From the human T2T-CHM13v2.0 reference genome, Homo sapiens, in assembly GCF_009914755.1 (NCBI RefSeq), contig NC_060929.1: DNA of 64,000 nucleotides, one strand, 5' to 3'. This document shows, piece by piece, positions 1 to 13,096 of the stretch (its first letter is position 1; every line of letters starts with the position of its first letter). The notes under the pieces are model-generated. The model was not told where the DNA came from and ran no database searches. It worked only from the letters and a program-made list of their open reading frames with translations. The position numbers and the translations under genes were made by a program.

Positions 1-683
1 TGGCTACCAATATCAACAGCCATCCAATAAGGCCATACTCTCTGACACAATAATTTTATTTTGGGGAGGGAATAACATTAAAGGAGAAAATACATGATAC
101 ATGCATATATTCACTGCAGCTCTTGACAAATTAGCAAAACTTTGGAAGCCATCTAAAGGTTCAGCAATAAGAAACTGGTAAGTAAATTACAGTATATCAA
201 CTCAACAGAATATTCTGAAGGCACCATTAAAAGGCTGCCTATGAAAGCCATGTAGCAACATGAAGAATATTTTGTGACGAAATGTTAACTGGGAGAAAAA
301 AGTACTATTCAAAACCTGATATATATGGAGTAGAGATCGCCACTTTATTAAAAAGCTTAAAATGCATTAATATTATAATAATGATGGTATAATTGATTAA
401 AAGGCTAGTTTCTTTCCATTTTTAAAATATTCTAAAACTTTCTTTTAAATTTAAATTTAAAACAAGTGTATTTTTATAAAACAATCATCAGAAAAGGGGT
501 AAGACTAAAACCATGGAGGCAAGTGATTTTTCAGAGGAAGAGATAGTTTTTTAAATGATGAGGAAGAACAAGGGGATGGTTAGGTGTACCCACAGTTAGT
601 GAATGTGAGGAGGAGGGACTAGAAATTTCTAACATGTAGACAGTAAGTTTTGCGTATAAAATGACTTAATATAACCTGCCATA

Positions 684-1184
684 TATGCAGAAAGGGGTGA
701 ACACAGCAGGCCTGAAACTGCTCTCCTTAGAAAGTCCTGCTTGGGAGGTGGTCCCTTGGCCGGCGTCTGGAAGCTTGGATTTTAGGAGGGTTCCCCCTGT
801 TGCCCTGCTGATAAAGATAGTTTGCTGTGCCTAAACTGCTTGTGCAAACAATGTAGTTTATGCTGAACACCTGATTCCTTCTGGGAGTCTGGAATTCTGG
901 TCCATGCTAAGCAGAGTGTGTGACCAGACCCACTAAGAACCTTGGGCCCTGAGTCTCTAATAGGTTTCCCTGGGCAGAAACATTGCACAGAGGGGACAGT
1001 GAGCTCCGGGCAAGCCTCACAGGAGGGAGACAGCATGAAAAAGCCTGGACAGGGACTCCCCAGACACCACCTGTCTTTGTTCCTTATGATCCGGCTGCAT
1101 CTCTTAACTATGTCAGGGCAGTGCAACTACATGCTGAGTTCCGTGAGTCCTCCTAGTGGGGGTGGTCTTGGAGACCCCGGCACA
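684..1184. mobile_element. Solo LTR, MER21-like
   Basis: 'agcaggcctgaaactgctctccttagaaag...gggggtggtcttggagaccccggcaca' resembles recalled MER21 LTR termini. Confidence 0.65.
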
Positions 1185-1381
1185 TCATATTAAAATCATG
1201 ATCAAGGAGTCCTTATCCTCAAGATGCCCACTGGGAATATTGTAAATGATGCTAACGTGACATGCCTGAAGGGGCACTTCATGGAGCACTGCTCCCAGGA
1301 GCTTACTCCTGGCACAGGGAAGAAAGTATCCCATTTGCAAATGTGTTGGAGAAATAATGAGCTACGAAAAGTTAAATGAAG

Positions 1382-1677
1382 GGCCGGGCGCAGTGGCTCA
1401 CGCCTGTAATCCCAGTACTTTGGGAGGCCGAGGCAGGCAGGTTGCCTGAGCTCAGGAGTTAGAGACCAGCCTGGGCAACACGATGAAACCCCATCTCTAC
1501 TAAAATACAAAAAATTAGGCAGGCGTGGCAGCGTGTGCCTGTAGTCCCAGCTACTCGGGAAGCTGAGGCAGGAGAATTGCTTCAACCGGGGAGTCAGAGG
1601 TTGTAGTGAGCTGAGATCGCATCACTGCACTCCAGCCTGGGCAACAGAGCAAGACTCCATCTCAAAAAAAAAAAAAA
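1382..1677 (+). mobile_element. Alu (S-type)
   Basis: Full dimer with poly-A tail; TSD aaa(a/g)gttaaatg(a/g)ag. Confidence 0.95.
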
Positions 1678-2231
1678 GGTTAAATGGAGATCTTCTGAGG
1701 GCCTTTATCTTAACATGTTAAAGTGTAGCGGATCTGTAAGCACAGTCTTTACCCTAAGCAGTTTGCACTCACTCCCTGCCTCTCTCAGGATTCCCAGCAA
1801 TGGCTCCAGAATTGTGTGCTATAGAACACCAGTTTGGGAAACCCCCCCTCAACAAAAATGTTTAAAGAAGAAATTTTGTCTAGAAGCTGTTCAAAACAAT
1901 TGTTTCGTTAATTAACCCTAGCTTATGAGAAGCACTTCTGCAAGATAGCTCTATCCTTCATTAAAAAATGGAAAAATTCCAAGTGTGTTCTATGGCAATT
2001 TCTCTCCTACTGATCTGAAATGATGTGTTCCCCATAGCTAAGTGACCGCTTACTTAGATACATTTCTCTTCACTGGCAAATTATTGTCAGAAGATTCCAT
2101 GTCTGAATCACTTCTATCACAGAGCACTGCAAGTAGAGAAAAAAATCTAACTTATAACTTCAAAAAAGTGACCTTTATAGGAAAATGAATCACCAAAAAC
2201 CTTAAACAAAAAAAATCAAGGTTTTAATGAC

Positions 2232-2377
2232 CTTTGTCATTTGGAGAAACTCTTCACAGGTTAGTGGCTCCTCCTGGGGAAGCTGACAAAGAGGCGTGCT
2301 GCTCATTTCTTCTAGAATGGCATCAATGCGGAACTCAATCAAATCATTGACCCTGTCAAGCAGCAACTCCAGGTCCT
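2232..2377 (-). CDS. DNAH5: DNAH5 exon 17 ([26 protein letters not shown]...LQMTK)
   Basis: Manual translation; acceptor AAAG|AG at 2378-9, donor GTCATT; 146 nt. Confidence 0.95.
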
Positions 2378-2534
2378 CTTTGGGAAAAAATAAAAGTAAA
2401 TAAAAGAGATTAGGTAAAGCATTTTGTTTTTTAAAAAAATCAACACTTGATTAAATGACAGTAGTAAAATCAGCTTTAAAGATTCTCAGTTACGTATGTT
2501 CCCCAGATCCCCACTGATTCACACTTGGTTGTCG

Positions 2535-4072
2535 CTAATAAAATATCCAAGTTGTTAACTTTCTAATACTAATACTCTGTAGGGAGAATGGAAAATCTAT
2601 CTTGGTAGCCCCTTCTAATTTGATTATGATCATTCTTATTATAAAGTTTTTATACATTTTATAAATGCCTCCTTAGGGACTTTTAGCCAATTTCCTTTTG
2701 TTTTATTTCCTGGGGCCATCGTTCCTTCTCTGTAACCAGTTTCTGAGCTCCTGCCTGCCTAACTCTCACTCATACTTAAAGATCCGGCTCAAGTGCATTT
2801 CCCCACAGAGGCCCTGGGTGAATCTATGTGCATTGGAGTGGTCCCTCCTCCTGTAAAACCACAGATGGAGCATCCTTCCGTCTCTGCGGATTGTCTACCC
2901 ATGTGTCTTATCTTCTTTAGAATTCATATTTTTTATCCTTACATCTTCAATATTTAACCTGGTGCCTATTCCACAAGAAGTATTCAACAAATTGACTAAA
3001 GTGAAAGTTCCCTATTTTTTCTTTCACTGTAAATATCATAGGGTACATTTTTTTAGTTGTGCTGAAGTAATATTGAATGCTAAGTTCAATGGATGCAAAG
3101 GCCAACTCTGAAGCAAACTAACAACAACTGCACATCAAAAGTAGGAATGATTACTAATGGATATCCATCTAAGGGTAATACATTTTTCAACAGATACCAT
3201 ACAGTAAAATTTCTCTTTTTCTAATACTCCTTTCTCCTGGGAAATAAAGCTGAAATTGAATACAGGAAAGTCAACGTTACATACCAACGCTGTATCGGAG
3301 ATGTAAACACCTCCTTAAATAAATACCTTTATTTCCTAAAGAATAAAAGCCTAAAAGTTTTCTATTTTTTTCTAAGCTAATTATTAAAGAGGCTACTCAA
3401 GATACCAAATAGTTCTGCCTGGTAAATTGATTGAATACTAAAAGAGAGCCAACACTTTCACTTAAGTATGTGTGAGCAATAAAATTCTCTACTCTTTCTA
3501 ACGGACTGCTTCTTCATCTTTAAGGACATCTGTGTTAAGCTGAAAAAAATAGTCCCCAAGGATGTCCACATCCTAATCTCCTGTGAATGTTACCTTATAT
3601 GGCAAAAGGGATTTTGCAGATGTGATCAAGTTAGGGATTATGTAATGTGGAGAGTGTCCCAGATTATCTATACTCTCTTAAATGCATGATGCAAATGACC
3701 ACCTGTAAGTAGGATTGGCTTACCAATCCAATTAAAATCCAACTGCACTTGAGATTTTACATAGTTTTCTCTCAAAGAAACTTCATCTTTGTTCTATTTT
3801 AGTTCCTTAAATTACAAAAAGAAAAACATAATAGAAAACAAGAACAAGAAGTTTCTCTAGAAACTAGTTCCTTGTCTCCAGCTAACAATCTAATAAAACA
3901 TCCAAATTGTTAATACTTTAATACTAGTGTTCTAAAGGAAGGATATTACTAAAGTCTATCTTGGTCGCCTGTTCTAATTTGATTATGATAACTCATTATC
4001 ATGTTTTTATACATTTCATAAGTGCCTCCTTAGGAAATTTTAGCCAGTTTCCTCTTGTTTTATTTCCTGGGG
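2535..4072 (+). repeat. Diverged ~180-bp direct duplication (2535-2715 and 3890-4072)
   Basis: Collinear shared blocks such as ttctaatttgattatgat, gtttttatacattt, tgcctccttagg, ttgttttatttcctgggg. Confidence 0.85.
3530..3700 (+). mobile_element. MLT1 (MaLR) LTR 5' fragment
   Basis: 'gatgtccacatcctaatc...tgtgaatgttacctta..ggcaaaagggattttgcagatgtgat'. Confidence 0.65.
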
Positions 4073-5905
4073 AGGCGTATTTTGGAAGAAATATTAATTT
4101 AGAGCAAGGAAATCGGGTTCTAGATTCATTATTATTTCTTACATCTATGTAACATTAAAAGCCATTTAGCGTCTCTGGCTTGATATTCATTCATATTCAA
4201 AAACTCCATTATCATTTGTCTTTGAGTCCAGCTCCCAATCTATAATGCATAACAAAGGTGAGGTATGGGCTGAATCATAATTTCTCACTCTACTCCCCTC
4301 CAACCCAGTACTTCTCAAATATTCTTAAATATGAAGTACCTGGCTATTTAAATAGCTGGACCTTCTGAACCCTAAGTTTTTTGGAAAGTGCGGTGAAAAT
4401 CTACCGATAAGACAAGCTCTTGACAATTTACATTATAAATGGACTAGGTACTATGTTAACAGCCATAAATTCCAGAACAAGAGAGAGACCTGAGGGGCGG
4501 AGTTGGGGGAGAGAGAGAGAGAATAAAAGGAGGCATCACGAGAGCTATCTAAAAGGGAAGCCCAGGAAGAGGTATCCAGAAATAAGGTAATGGGCTTGAG
4601 GGGTAGGAACAGGGTTACAGTGATAAAGAAATGAAGAGAGACTAAGTATATAAAATTATTGCTATTATGAATCTGCAAGTATATGGATGTCTCCTACACA
4701 CCCAGCTGAGAATAACACAAAAGAAGTATAAATGTAAACAGCCTGGATTTAATTATTTCACATTGCATTCATAAATCGTAACACCATTTTGTATCCCATC
4801 AATTTTTCCCCACGCAACTCCTTCTTCACAGAATCCATAAATCTATACAATTATAAATTATCAATTTACAATAAAAAAAGAAAAAAAATTAAACAGCCTG
4901 ATATTCAGGTCCTTTGTAGTCTGTTTGAGGAGAAAGATGAAACTGTACTAAACCATTAGAAGACAACCAAAATATCAAGTCTCTGGTCCCAAATATAAAT
5001 CCAACAGGAGGTCACAGGAGGAAGCGGTCACAGGAGGTAGAGTAATCAGAGTAGCCTTCTAGGGGCAAGACTCACTCTGGGCTATAAGAGTGGGGAGGAC
5101 TGGGCTATGCAGAGGAGAGGGTGTAAGACACTGGCTAGGAGAGGACAATAGCAATGTCTAAGTCTTTCTGAGAAAAAAAAAAAAAAAACCATTACCACGT
5201 TCCAAACTGTGCTACACTGTCTGCCACAGAGGATCTGTAAGGTGTTAATGTGTCCTCCTGGAAGGCAGCCAAGGAATTCTGGGAAATGCCACAAGCAAAA
5301 GGCCACTTTTGGAGACCTACTGGGACACTGGCATGTTACAGGCTCTGAAAAGTCGTCCAGCAAAGAAACCTGTCCAACTGCTCCTCTTGGATTTCCCAGA
5401 CATATTTGAGCCCTTCTTTGCAACATACCCGTACACATTCCAGAAAAGCGCATTTTATGGAATATACTACCTTACATATATTTTAGACTATTATATCTCT
5501 TTTTAAGGAAAATTGTGTTTGTTTAAATTTTTCCCATTTATCCTGTTGTTCAGCACTGTACTCTATCCAAATCTCCACATCTTTCAAATCAAGCTCTCAA
5601 AATACACTAACCTATTTATATAAAAAGCTGAATAACTCTAAAGATACTTTAAATCCTAATGTCCAAAAATACAAATAAATGAAAATATGTGGTTAATCTC
5701 TGGGGATAAAATTAAATAGTGAATATTTATAGTTTCCAGGAAATTACTGAATTCGCATGTTTTGGAACACTTCCTTATGAAACAGCTTAAGAATAACACT
5801 CCCCATTTCATTATTTATATCTCCATATTGATAAGAAATTATTCAACAGATGTTAGGAACTCAGCCTTTAGAATTCAGAAATACTAATTATTCAGGCAGA
5901 CTTAC

Positions 5906-6077
5906 TGATCTTTGCAAAAGTGTTTTCTAAATAAGCCTCAATATTCAGTGATGTCCAGGTCAGTGCAGCCAAGCCAGGTTGGAGAGCTTCATCCACTTTG
6001 GCCAAGTGAGGGACAATCAATTGCTCAATGGCAGCAGGTATTTTTGACTTCACTCTCTGATATTCAGCTAGCATCAT
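5906..6077 (-). CDS. DNAH5: DNAH5 exon 16 ([10 protein letters not shown]...[19 protein letters not shown])
   Basis: ORF 5892..6083(-); AG at 6078-9, GTAAGT donor; 172 nt. Confidence 0.97.
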
Positions 6078-6619
6078 CTGCAATGAAATTGGGGTTAAGT
6101 AATCAATTAATATCTCACTTCTAATGTCTGTTAATATCTCATGTCTTATACAAAATGACTACTTTTATTTAGGGTCAAACTGTAGGGCTCTAATAGCCTG
6201 GCAGGTAGAGTAGCCAAAACAATAAAAAGAAAAGAAGACAAGGACTCTCTCCATAATTACAAATTCCTAATCCAAAAAAATACAACTGAAGATGAACAAG
6301 AATTTAAGACTAACAGTGTCTCACCTCCTACACAGCCTAAAAAGGGAGAAAATCTAAGGCCAAGTAATTTTTCTAAACCATGCAGAAACACGGGAATGGC
6401 ACCTTCACCTGCTCATCACCAGGCTTGTTTGTTCCTCTTTGTACACTGATACGACATGCGTGCTGCTCCTCTGGGGACCTCTTGTAGACTACACCCATCA
6501 CCCAAAACATGTGGGTCGCCAGAGGTCTACCTCAGCCCTTTGCTAGGATTATAGGCCAAATCTTGTTGCCAAGACCCAAAGCACACCGGGAACCAGTATT
6601 GATCTCAACTAGTGTCACG

Positions 6620-7640
6620 GCTTTGAATTTCATCCAGATGCCAGAAACAAACACATTTACGTCTCCAGCCCAGATCTCACTCCTGAAAGTCTAGATTCAC
6701 AAATGGCAGCAGCCTCCCAAAGTTTCCACATCAATATATAGCAGACATTTCAAACTTAATAAGTCCCAAACTGAAAGTCTGTTCTTTTCCCAAAACCTCT
6801 TCCCAGTGCATCCTCCAACTCAGCTGATAGTGACTTTATCCTTCCAGTCCACAGGTCAAAACCCAGAGTCATCCTTGATTCCTCTTTCACTCACACACAT
6901 ACAGGTAATCCATTAGGATATCTTGTTTGCTGTCTAAACTGTACCTAGACTTATTGGGAGAGTGAGTGGAAGCAGGGAGACAACGGTAGATCATCCCAAT
7001 AATTTAGGTAGGAGCCAATGATGGCAGTAACTGTAAATGTGGAAAGCAAGTCAGATCCTGCTTCCACTCACCCTCCCAATAAGTCTAGGTACAGTTTAGC
7101 AGCAAAAATGATCCTTTCAAAATGAGAATTCAGATCATGTTACTCCTCTGCTCACATGGTTACATAGCCTCCCATTTAATTCAGGGCTACAAACCTTTAT
7201 ACAAAGGACTTGGATAGATGCTTGTTCTAGAAAGATCTACCCGATTTTGTCCCATTACTTCTCTGATCTCATCTCCAACCACTCTTTCCCTCTCTTACCT
7301 GCACTTGCCTGACTGTCTTCCTTTCTGGTCCTGAGCCTCAGGGCCTTTGCACCTCCTTCAAATAAGTACTCAAATGATACTTTCTCAATTATACCTGTCC
7401 TGACTACCTGTTTAAGATTATAAACCACCACCAAAACCACTCACACATTTTATCCCCCTTTTTTGTCCATAATAACTATCACTTTATTACAATAGACTAT
7501 ATTAATTTACTTACTTACAGTGTTCATTTTCTGTTTTACCCAATTAGACTATAAGTTCTACAAGGACAAGAATTTTGTCTGCTTTGTCCAGTGAGCCTGA
7601 ACCAGTGCCTGGCACATAGGAGATAATAAATCAATATCTA
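6620..7640. mobile_element. L2 remnant containing an internal inversion
   Basis: L2 motifs 'tctccagcccagatctc', 'gtcatccttgattcctc', 'cagatcatgttactcctctgctc', 'agtgcctggcacatagg'. Confidence 0.7.
6934..7099. repeat. 43-bp inverted repeat (1 mismatch) with an 80-bp spacer
   Basis: 6934-6976 is the reverse complement of 7057-7099. Confidence 0.92.
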
Positions 7641-8719
7641 TCTAATTAGTTGTTATCAGAAGGATTTTTCATCTGAAATGGGCATTCTCATCTTTCACTG
7701 AAAGGTACATAATGTCAAACTGTGTCAGTATTATTTACATAATGTCAAACTGTCAATATTTTGTTCATATGTAACCATGTCAATATTAATAATCATTAAT
7801 TATAAGAAACTAACTTTAATGTGCCCCATAAATACAGTTGGTATTAAGGTCATATATGTGCATGTTGGTTTTACCTTGATAATAGATGAATGTTTTCCAA
7901 ACTGTTTTGCCTAGAGTACTAGGTCCAAAGAGATTCTATAAGAAAAAATGTCCCTTTGATAGATAAATTTTGAAAATGCTGCATACAATATCTCCCCTCT
8001 TGGGTGGTCACAGCTAATATTAATGATTCTTAGAAACCTGCTTAAGGAAGTAAGAAGCCTTGCAAGGCTTTGAAAATTTTGTTAAACACAGTATTTCCCA
8101 GATGGACCTCATAATCCTTTCCTCATATAATGTTTTTCCACAATTTCTATAAGATTCTTTCAATGTCCATAAAAGCCACTTTAGAAAAGTCTAAATTTTC
8201 TGGTTCTATTCGCAGCTACTTACATATTTCCTGAAACTTGTATCCACTGCTTGTTTTTTTTCAATGTCCACCAGTTATTCTATCTGGAAGCAGTTCTTAG
8301 AATCTGCTTCTAGCAGGCATTCTACTTCCCACCTTTAATCCCAGAAGGGATTACTCAACTGCTTTGACAAAAGAGAAACCCAGGCTTAGAAGGTGAAGTC
8401 ATTTACCCAAAGATAATGATTTGAATCCAGATTAAATTGGCTTCAGAACCTATATTTGTAACTATTAGCCTGTACTTGGTCTTCTCTTTCTAGTTAAACT
8501 GTCTTCCAAGGAACAGATGAAGAAACAAATTCTCAGCTACTTTGGCATATCTGCAAAAGCCTGAAAGCTCTGTCAAATATTCAGCACAATAATTCTGCAA
8601 CACTTCAGATGGTCACCTAAACCTGCCAATAGATCTGCTTTGACCAGCTACTCAGGTTGAGCAGAAACTTTTAACTCTCAACCTCCAAGATAATAAATGT
8701 TAATGAGATGATAATTTAC

Positions 8720-9250
8720 TCCCTTGAATTGTCATTTAAAACATTCTTTGATCCTCTTCCCTTCATGGGGGAGGGGGGAACCACATCCCCTTTTTTTGAA
8801 TCTGGGTAGGTTTACAGTCCAACAGAGTACAACAGAGATGATGCTGTGAGACATCTGAGGCTATTATAAAGACCATGTGACTTCTTTATTGTTCACTGTA
8901 GCGCTTGTTCTTGAAACCCTGAGCTGCCATATAAGAAATTCTACTAGCCAGAGGCCTCCATACTGGAAGGCCATGTATAGATGTGCCTGTTCACAGTCCC
9001 ACTGGAGTGTACCTTCCAGCTTTCCTCAGGAAAGAAACAGAAACTAGAAGAACCCTTCTTGGACCTTACAGATTGAACATCTGCCAGTTGAATACCAATA
9101 AACAACCTTTGTCAACAATACATGGAACAGAAGAATCACCTATGCAAGCCCCACTCAAGTTCTTTACCCATAAAGTCATGATATAATGATACGGTTATTG
9201 TAAACCCTACAACGTGCTTACAAGTGTTTGTTGCCTGAAACAGACAAGTG
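8720..9250 (+). mobile_element. Old MLT1 LTR
   Basis: 'ttctttgatcctcttccc...tgaatctggg...gatgctgtgagacatctgaggct...ccctgagctgccat'. Confidence 0.55.
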
Positions 9251-9877
9251 AAACAACAACTCTGCAAATACAATTAAATTATCAGTAATTCCATAATCTT
9301 ATAATTATAGTTTCTTAGTAAAAATATTATTTTCTTTATGAATATGTAAATTGACTAAGTGAGTTTCCTAATGTGAAAGAGTCTAAAAGGGAATCTCAAC
9401 ATGCTGACTGGTATTTTATGAGTCTACATTTGAGGAATGTCTGTCCATTGCCAATACAACTTTTTAATATGACATGAAGTGGTGGGAAGACGATGGACTA
9501 CAAGTCTGGGTTCTGGTCTTACTTCTGCCACTTTGTAGCTATGAGACCTTTGCTAAATCTTTTAACTTCTCTAAGCCACAGTTTTGTCATCTACGAAATA
9601 AAATAATAGTATTCTGTCCTACTTACCTAACGTAGTGGTAGAAAAGATCAGATGAAATAATGAGCATGAAAATGGCTTTAAATGTAAAGTACAGTGCAAG
9701 TGCATGGACTTAGTATTGTCACGTGATGTTAACCACTATGAAATTTTAACAATGGTTTCCATGTTGTCAGATTCCATGGCCGCATCTCTGATCTCACCTT
9801 CTTCATCCCCTGGGTAGCAGCATTTGCCACTGGTGACCAGTCCCTCTCTCAGTAGCCTTTTCATACCCTTGGCTTCC

Positions 9878-10188
9878 TTTTTTTGTTGTTTTTTGTTTGT
9901 TTGTTTTTTGAGACGGATCTCGCTCTGTCACCCAGGCTGGAGTGCAGTGGTGCAATCTCAGCTCACTGCAACCTCCATCTCTAGGTTCAAGAGATTCTCC
10001 TGCCTCGGCCTCCCAAGTAGCTGAGATTACAGGCACATGCCAACATGTTCAGCTAATTTTTGTATTTTTAATAGAGACGGGGTTTCACCACGTTGGCCAG
10101 GCTGGTCTCGAACTCCTGACCTCAGGTGATCTGCCAGTCTCAGCCTCCCAAAGTGCTGGGATTACAGGCATGAGCCACCGTGCCGGCC
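9878..10188 (-). mobile_element. Alu (S-type)
   Basis: T-rich tail followed by reverse Alu dimer ending ggcc. Confidence 0.95.
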
Positions 10189-10189
10189 A

Positions 10190-11090
10190 TCCTTGGTCTC
10201 CTTGACACTTGGTTTCTTCCCAGCTCAGAGGTCAGTCCTCTGTTTTATTTGCACACCTGTCTTCTTCTTTCAGATCTGTTAATACTGGAACAACCCAATG
10301 CTTGGCCCAGTGGCCCTCCATTCTTCTCTGTCTGTATTCTCTCCCCTAAGAGATCTCATCCAGGACAATGACATTAAATAACAATGATATTCTGATAACT
10401 CTCAGAAGCATGCCTCCCACTTTGGCTTCTCCACTGAACTCCAGACTTAAGTATCCAACTGCATGGACAACACTGCCACTTGGCTGTCTAAAAACTATCT
10501 TGTACTTAAATGGGAACTACTGATTCCCTCCTGCTGCTCCAAATACACTAGTTTCGGTTTTCGCCATCTCCATAACTTGAACTTACAGTCAGGGCCCCTG
10601 CATGGTATTGTGCAAGTTATGAAGAATGCAACCTACACAGCATTCTACGGCACCCCTGCTTTAATTCATGGAACTGCTCACACCAAAACCACAGGTATTA
10701 TTCCTGAGTTCTCTTATAACCTGACTGTTGACATAACTCTAAATTCTCCAAACAACTCTGCTGCCATCCCAGTTCAAGCTCTCATCTTCATCCTGGGCCA
10801 GTGCAACACTTCACAAACAGGCTTCCCGCTGATACCCCTCGTCCCTCTTAACATCCATTTTCCACCCAGCAGTAAGAATAACTTTTATTATAAAAAGAGA
10901 TCGTGCCTTTTTCAGTGGCTCGAAATCCTCCAATGGTTTCCTGGTACACTCAAAATAAAACCCAAGCTTCTCATCTTGGCCTGCAAGACCTGTAACGGCC
11001 TGGCCCCAGCCAACTCTGCAGCTGCACCCCATGGCACTGTCCCCTCAGTCACTCCATTCATCCTGGCCACTTTCTGCTCCTTGAATATGA
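10190..11090. mobile_element. L2 remnant
   Basis: 'ctccactgaactccagact...tatccaactgc..ggaca..ccacttggctgtct', 'ctccaatggtttcc...aaaataaaacccaa'. Confidence 0.65.
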
Positions 11091-11163
11091 CACATCACCA
11101 TATTTTTTTATAATACATTCCAGAGCTAGCCAAGAATGGGGGGAAAAAATAAAAGTAGTATAC

Positions 11164-11370
11164 CTTCATGTTACTGAAGTTCCTTTTGTATCTGTCTCGT
11201 TTCTGGAAGAGGGAAGTTGCCAGTGGAGAGACTTCCAGACCCATCTGGGCCATGCACTCTGTTTCTCTAAATAAGATTAATATCTGAGGGTCAAAGTTTA
11301 CAAACAATTCCCCTGTGCCTGGAGCCTTCACCAATAATGAAGCCTCAAGACCTACATGAATTTCTTCAAT
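11164..11370 (-). CDS. DNAH5: DNAH5 exon 15 ([15 protein letters not shown]...VNFDPQ...FSNMK)
   Basis: Overlaps ORF 11095..11334(-); VNFD motif; AG at 11371-2, GT at 11162-3; 207 nt. Confidence 0.97.
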
Positions 11371-12209
11371 CTGTGGGAAGAAACCAACATCATTACTATC
11401 AGAAAGTTCAATTCATGCAGAGTATCTAGCTCAGCTATCTCTAGGAATAAGGATCATTAAATGTTCTTCCATGGATTTGAGCTTCCTAAATTAAGGGCAA
11501 TAAGATCACTCACTCTTCTCCTAAATCCAGTCTCATACAATAGCCTTCAAGTTCTTGGTGTTGATGTTGGGCAGTCAATTCAATAAAACCTTTCAATGAC
11601 TCTAACACTGATAAATAAGTGGACACTGCAACAGTGGTGGCGTCTCAAAAGCCATTTAGCTACCTGATACCTTCATGCCTACTCTATTATTCTTCCTAAT
11701 AAAAGTTTCGTAAGACCTCCTAAACTCAGTTTTTACTTATCTAGAAAAACAATGAACACAGCTATGGAGACATCACATCCTGACAGCCTACAAAGAAATA
11801 CATGTATTGGTAGGATATGCTATGATTAACCAGTTGTACAACAAAAGAAAATTTGAAACTTTGTTTAACAGATGTGCTAGTGTTTACTGACATATTTAGG
11901 ATCTGACTGAATTTTAAAAAGCAAGATATCCTAATAGATTGGGCATAGGAACCAATAAACAAGATCTTCTCACTTTGGAGTTCGTAAATTAAATAAAAAT
12001 GGGGTTCTGTTACCTGGCTTGTGGTTTCTTTTCAAATCTAATAATTATTTTTCTTTGTGGACATATTACACTCTGAACGCTTAGATTCAACCCATCTGCC
12101 TTACAAAACACCTACAAATCCAGCTTTCTAAAGAAATAACACTGTCAAATGCTAGAAGAGGGGTTCCCATGATTCCAACAATGGGAAGAGTATAAATTTA
12201 GGGACTCAC

Positions 12210-12531
12210 TTGCCGAAGCCACGCCCTGTGGAAGAGGACCTCAAACTCCAGGAGGACCTTGGCCATCCTGTTGTAACTGCGAATTATAGGTTTGGCTTCT
12301 GCCGTGCTTAGCACAGCTGGGTGCTGCTGGAAAAGCTGCATGGGCTGCTGAATCCTATGGAAGAGCTGGCGGGCCCACAAAATCTTTCCAGCGATGGGAG
12401 GCTGGTTTCGAGCCAGAGGAGGATCGTATTTCTGCTTTGTATACAGCTTTGAAATCATATCAATGTCAGCCCCATAGTTCTCAAGGATAAGTTGATATTT
12501 GTCATCAATACCAAGATTAGGTATATTCAAT
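12210..12531 (-). CDS. DNAH5: DNAH5 exon 14 ([10 protein letters not shown]...[20 protein letters not shown]...WLRQ)
   Basis: ORF 12198..12530(-); conserved PPxAGxIxW motif; AG at 12532-3, GTGAGT donor; 322 nt. Confidence 0.97.
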
Positions 12532-13010
12532 CTGATTTTTTTAAAAAGTTAAAAGCTTGAATTAATGGAATAAAATAAATAAAATACACAATAAAAATAT
12601 CTAGTAATCTCATTTATTAATATTTATTTTTTAAAATGCTAATGGAAAAGAATGAGATATTTACATGGAATATTAAAAGAATAAAAATAAAACTCATCCA
12701 TAAAATGTAGGCAAAACTATTAACTTGGGAAGACATTTTTCAAATTATCTATACATTAGGAAATATTATTATAGGCAGTCACAAGGTACTTCAAAGCTAA
12801 GAGTATTCTCTATTTGTAGAAATAAAATAAATCCTGAATCCTTAAAAGGATTAATCCTCTGAAAAACTTAAAAACTATGACCTTGTGACCCAAATTGCCA
12901 AGAGAGGTTTTCCTTTCCATCAGAATATGAAATAATAATAATAGGAATAACAACAATAAAAGCTAAACTATCCCAATTTTAGAAAATAGACAATTTCTTG
13001 AAAATTTTAC

Positions 13011-13096
13011 CTTTCAAATTTCTTCAACATTCTTAGAGCTTGATTTGTGTTTTGAATCTTTGCAAATGTAACATCCATGAACTTCCGCAACTCGTT
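13011..13096 (-). CDS. DNAH5: DNAH5 exon 13 (NELRKFMDVTFAKIQNTNQALRMLKKFE)
   Basis: Manual translation; AG at 13097-8, GTAAAA donor; 86 nt. Confidence 0.96.

Noticed and set aside
1202-1585. Alu-derived ORFs (also at 9803, 15574, 18167, 29402, 33462, 38115, 56546, 61240, 62140)
   Set aside because: Typical Alu translation signatures (SWDYR, LECSG, PASAS); not genes
7706-7760. Short tandem duplications (30-bp period here; also 5003-5037, 54180-54220, 55950-55992)
   Set aside because: Ordinary slippage products; no unique spacers, so not CRISPR-like or otherwise structured
10463-11113. 216-aa plus-strand ORF
   Set aside because: Lies in an L2 remnant; no recognisable domain or exon context
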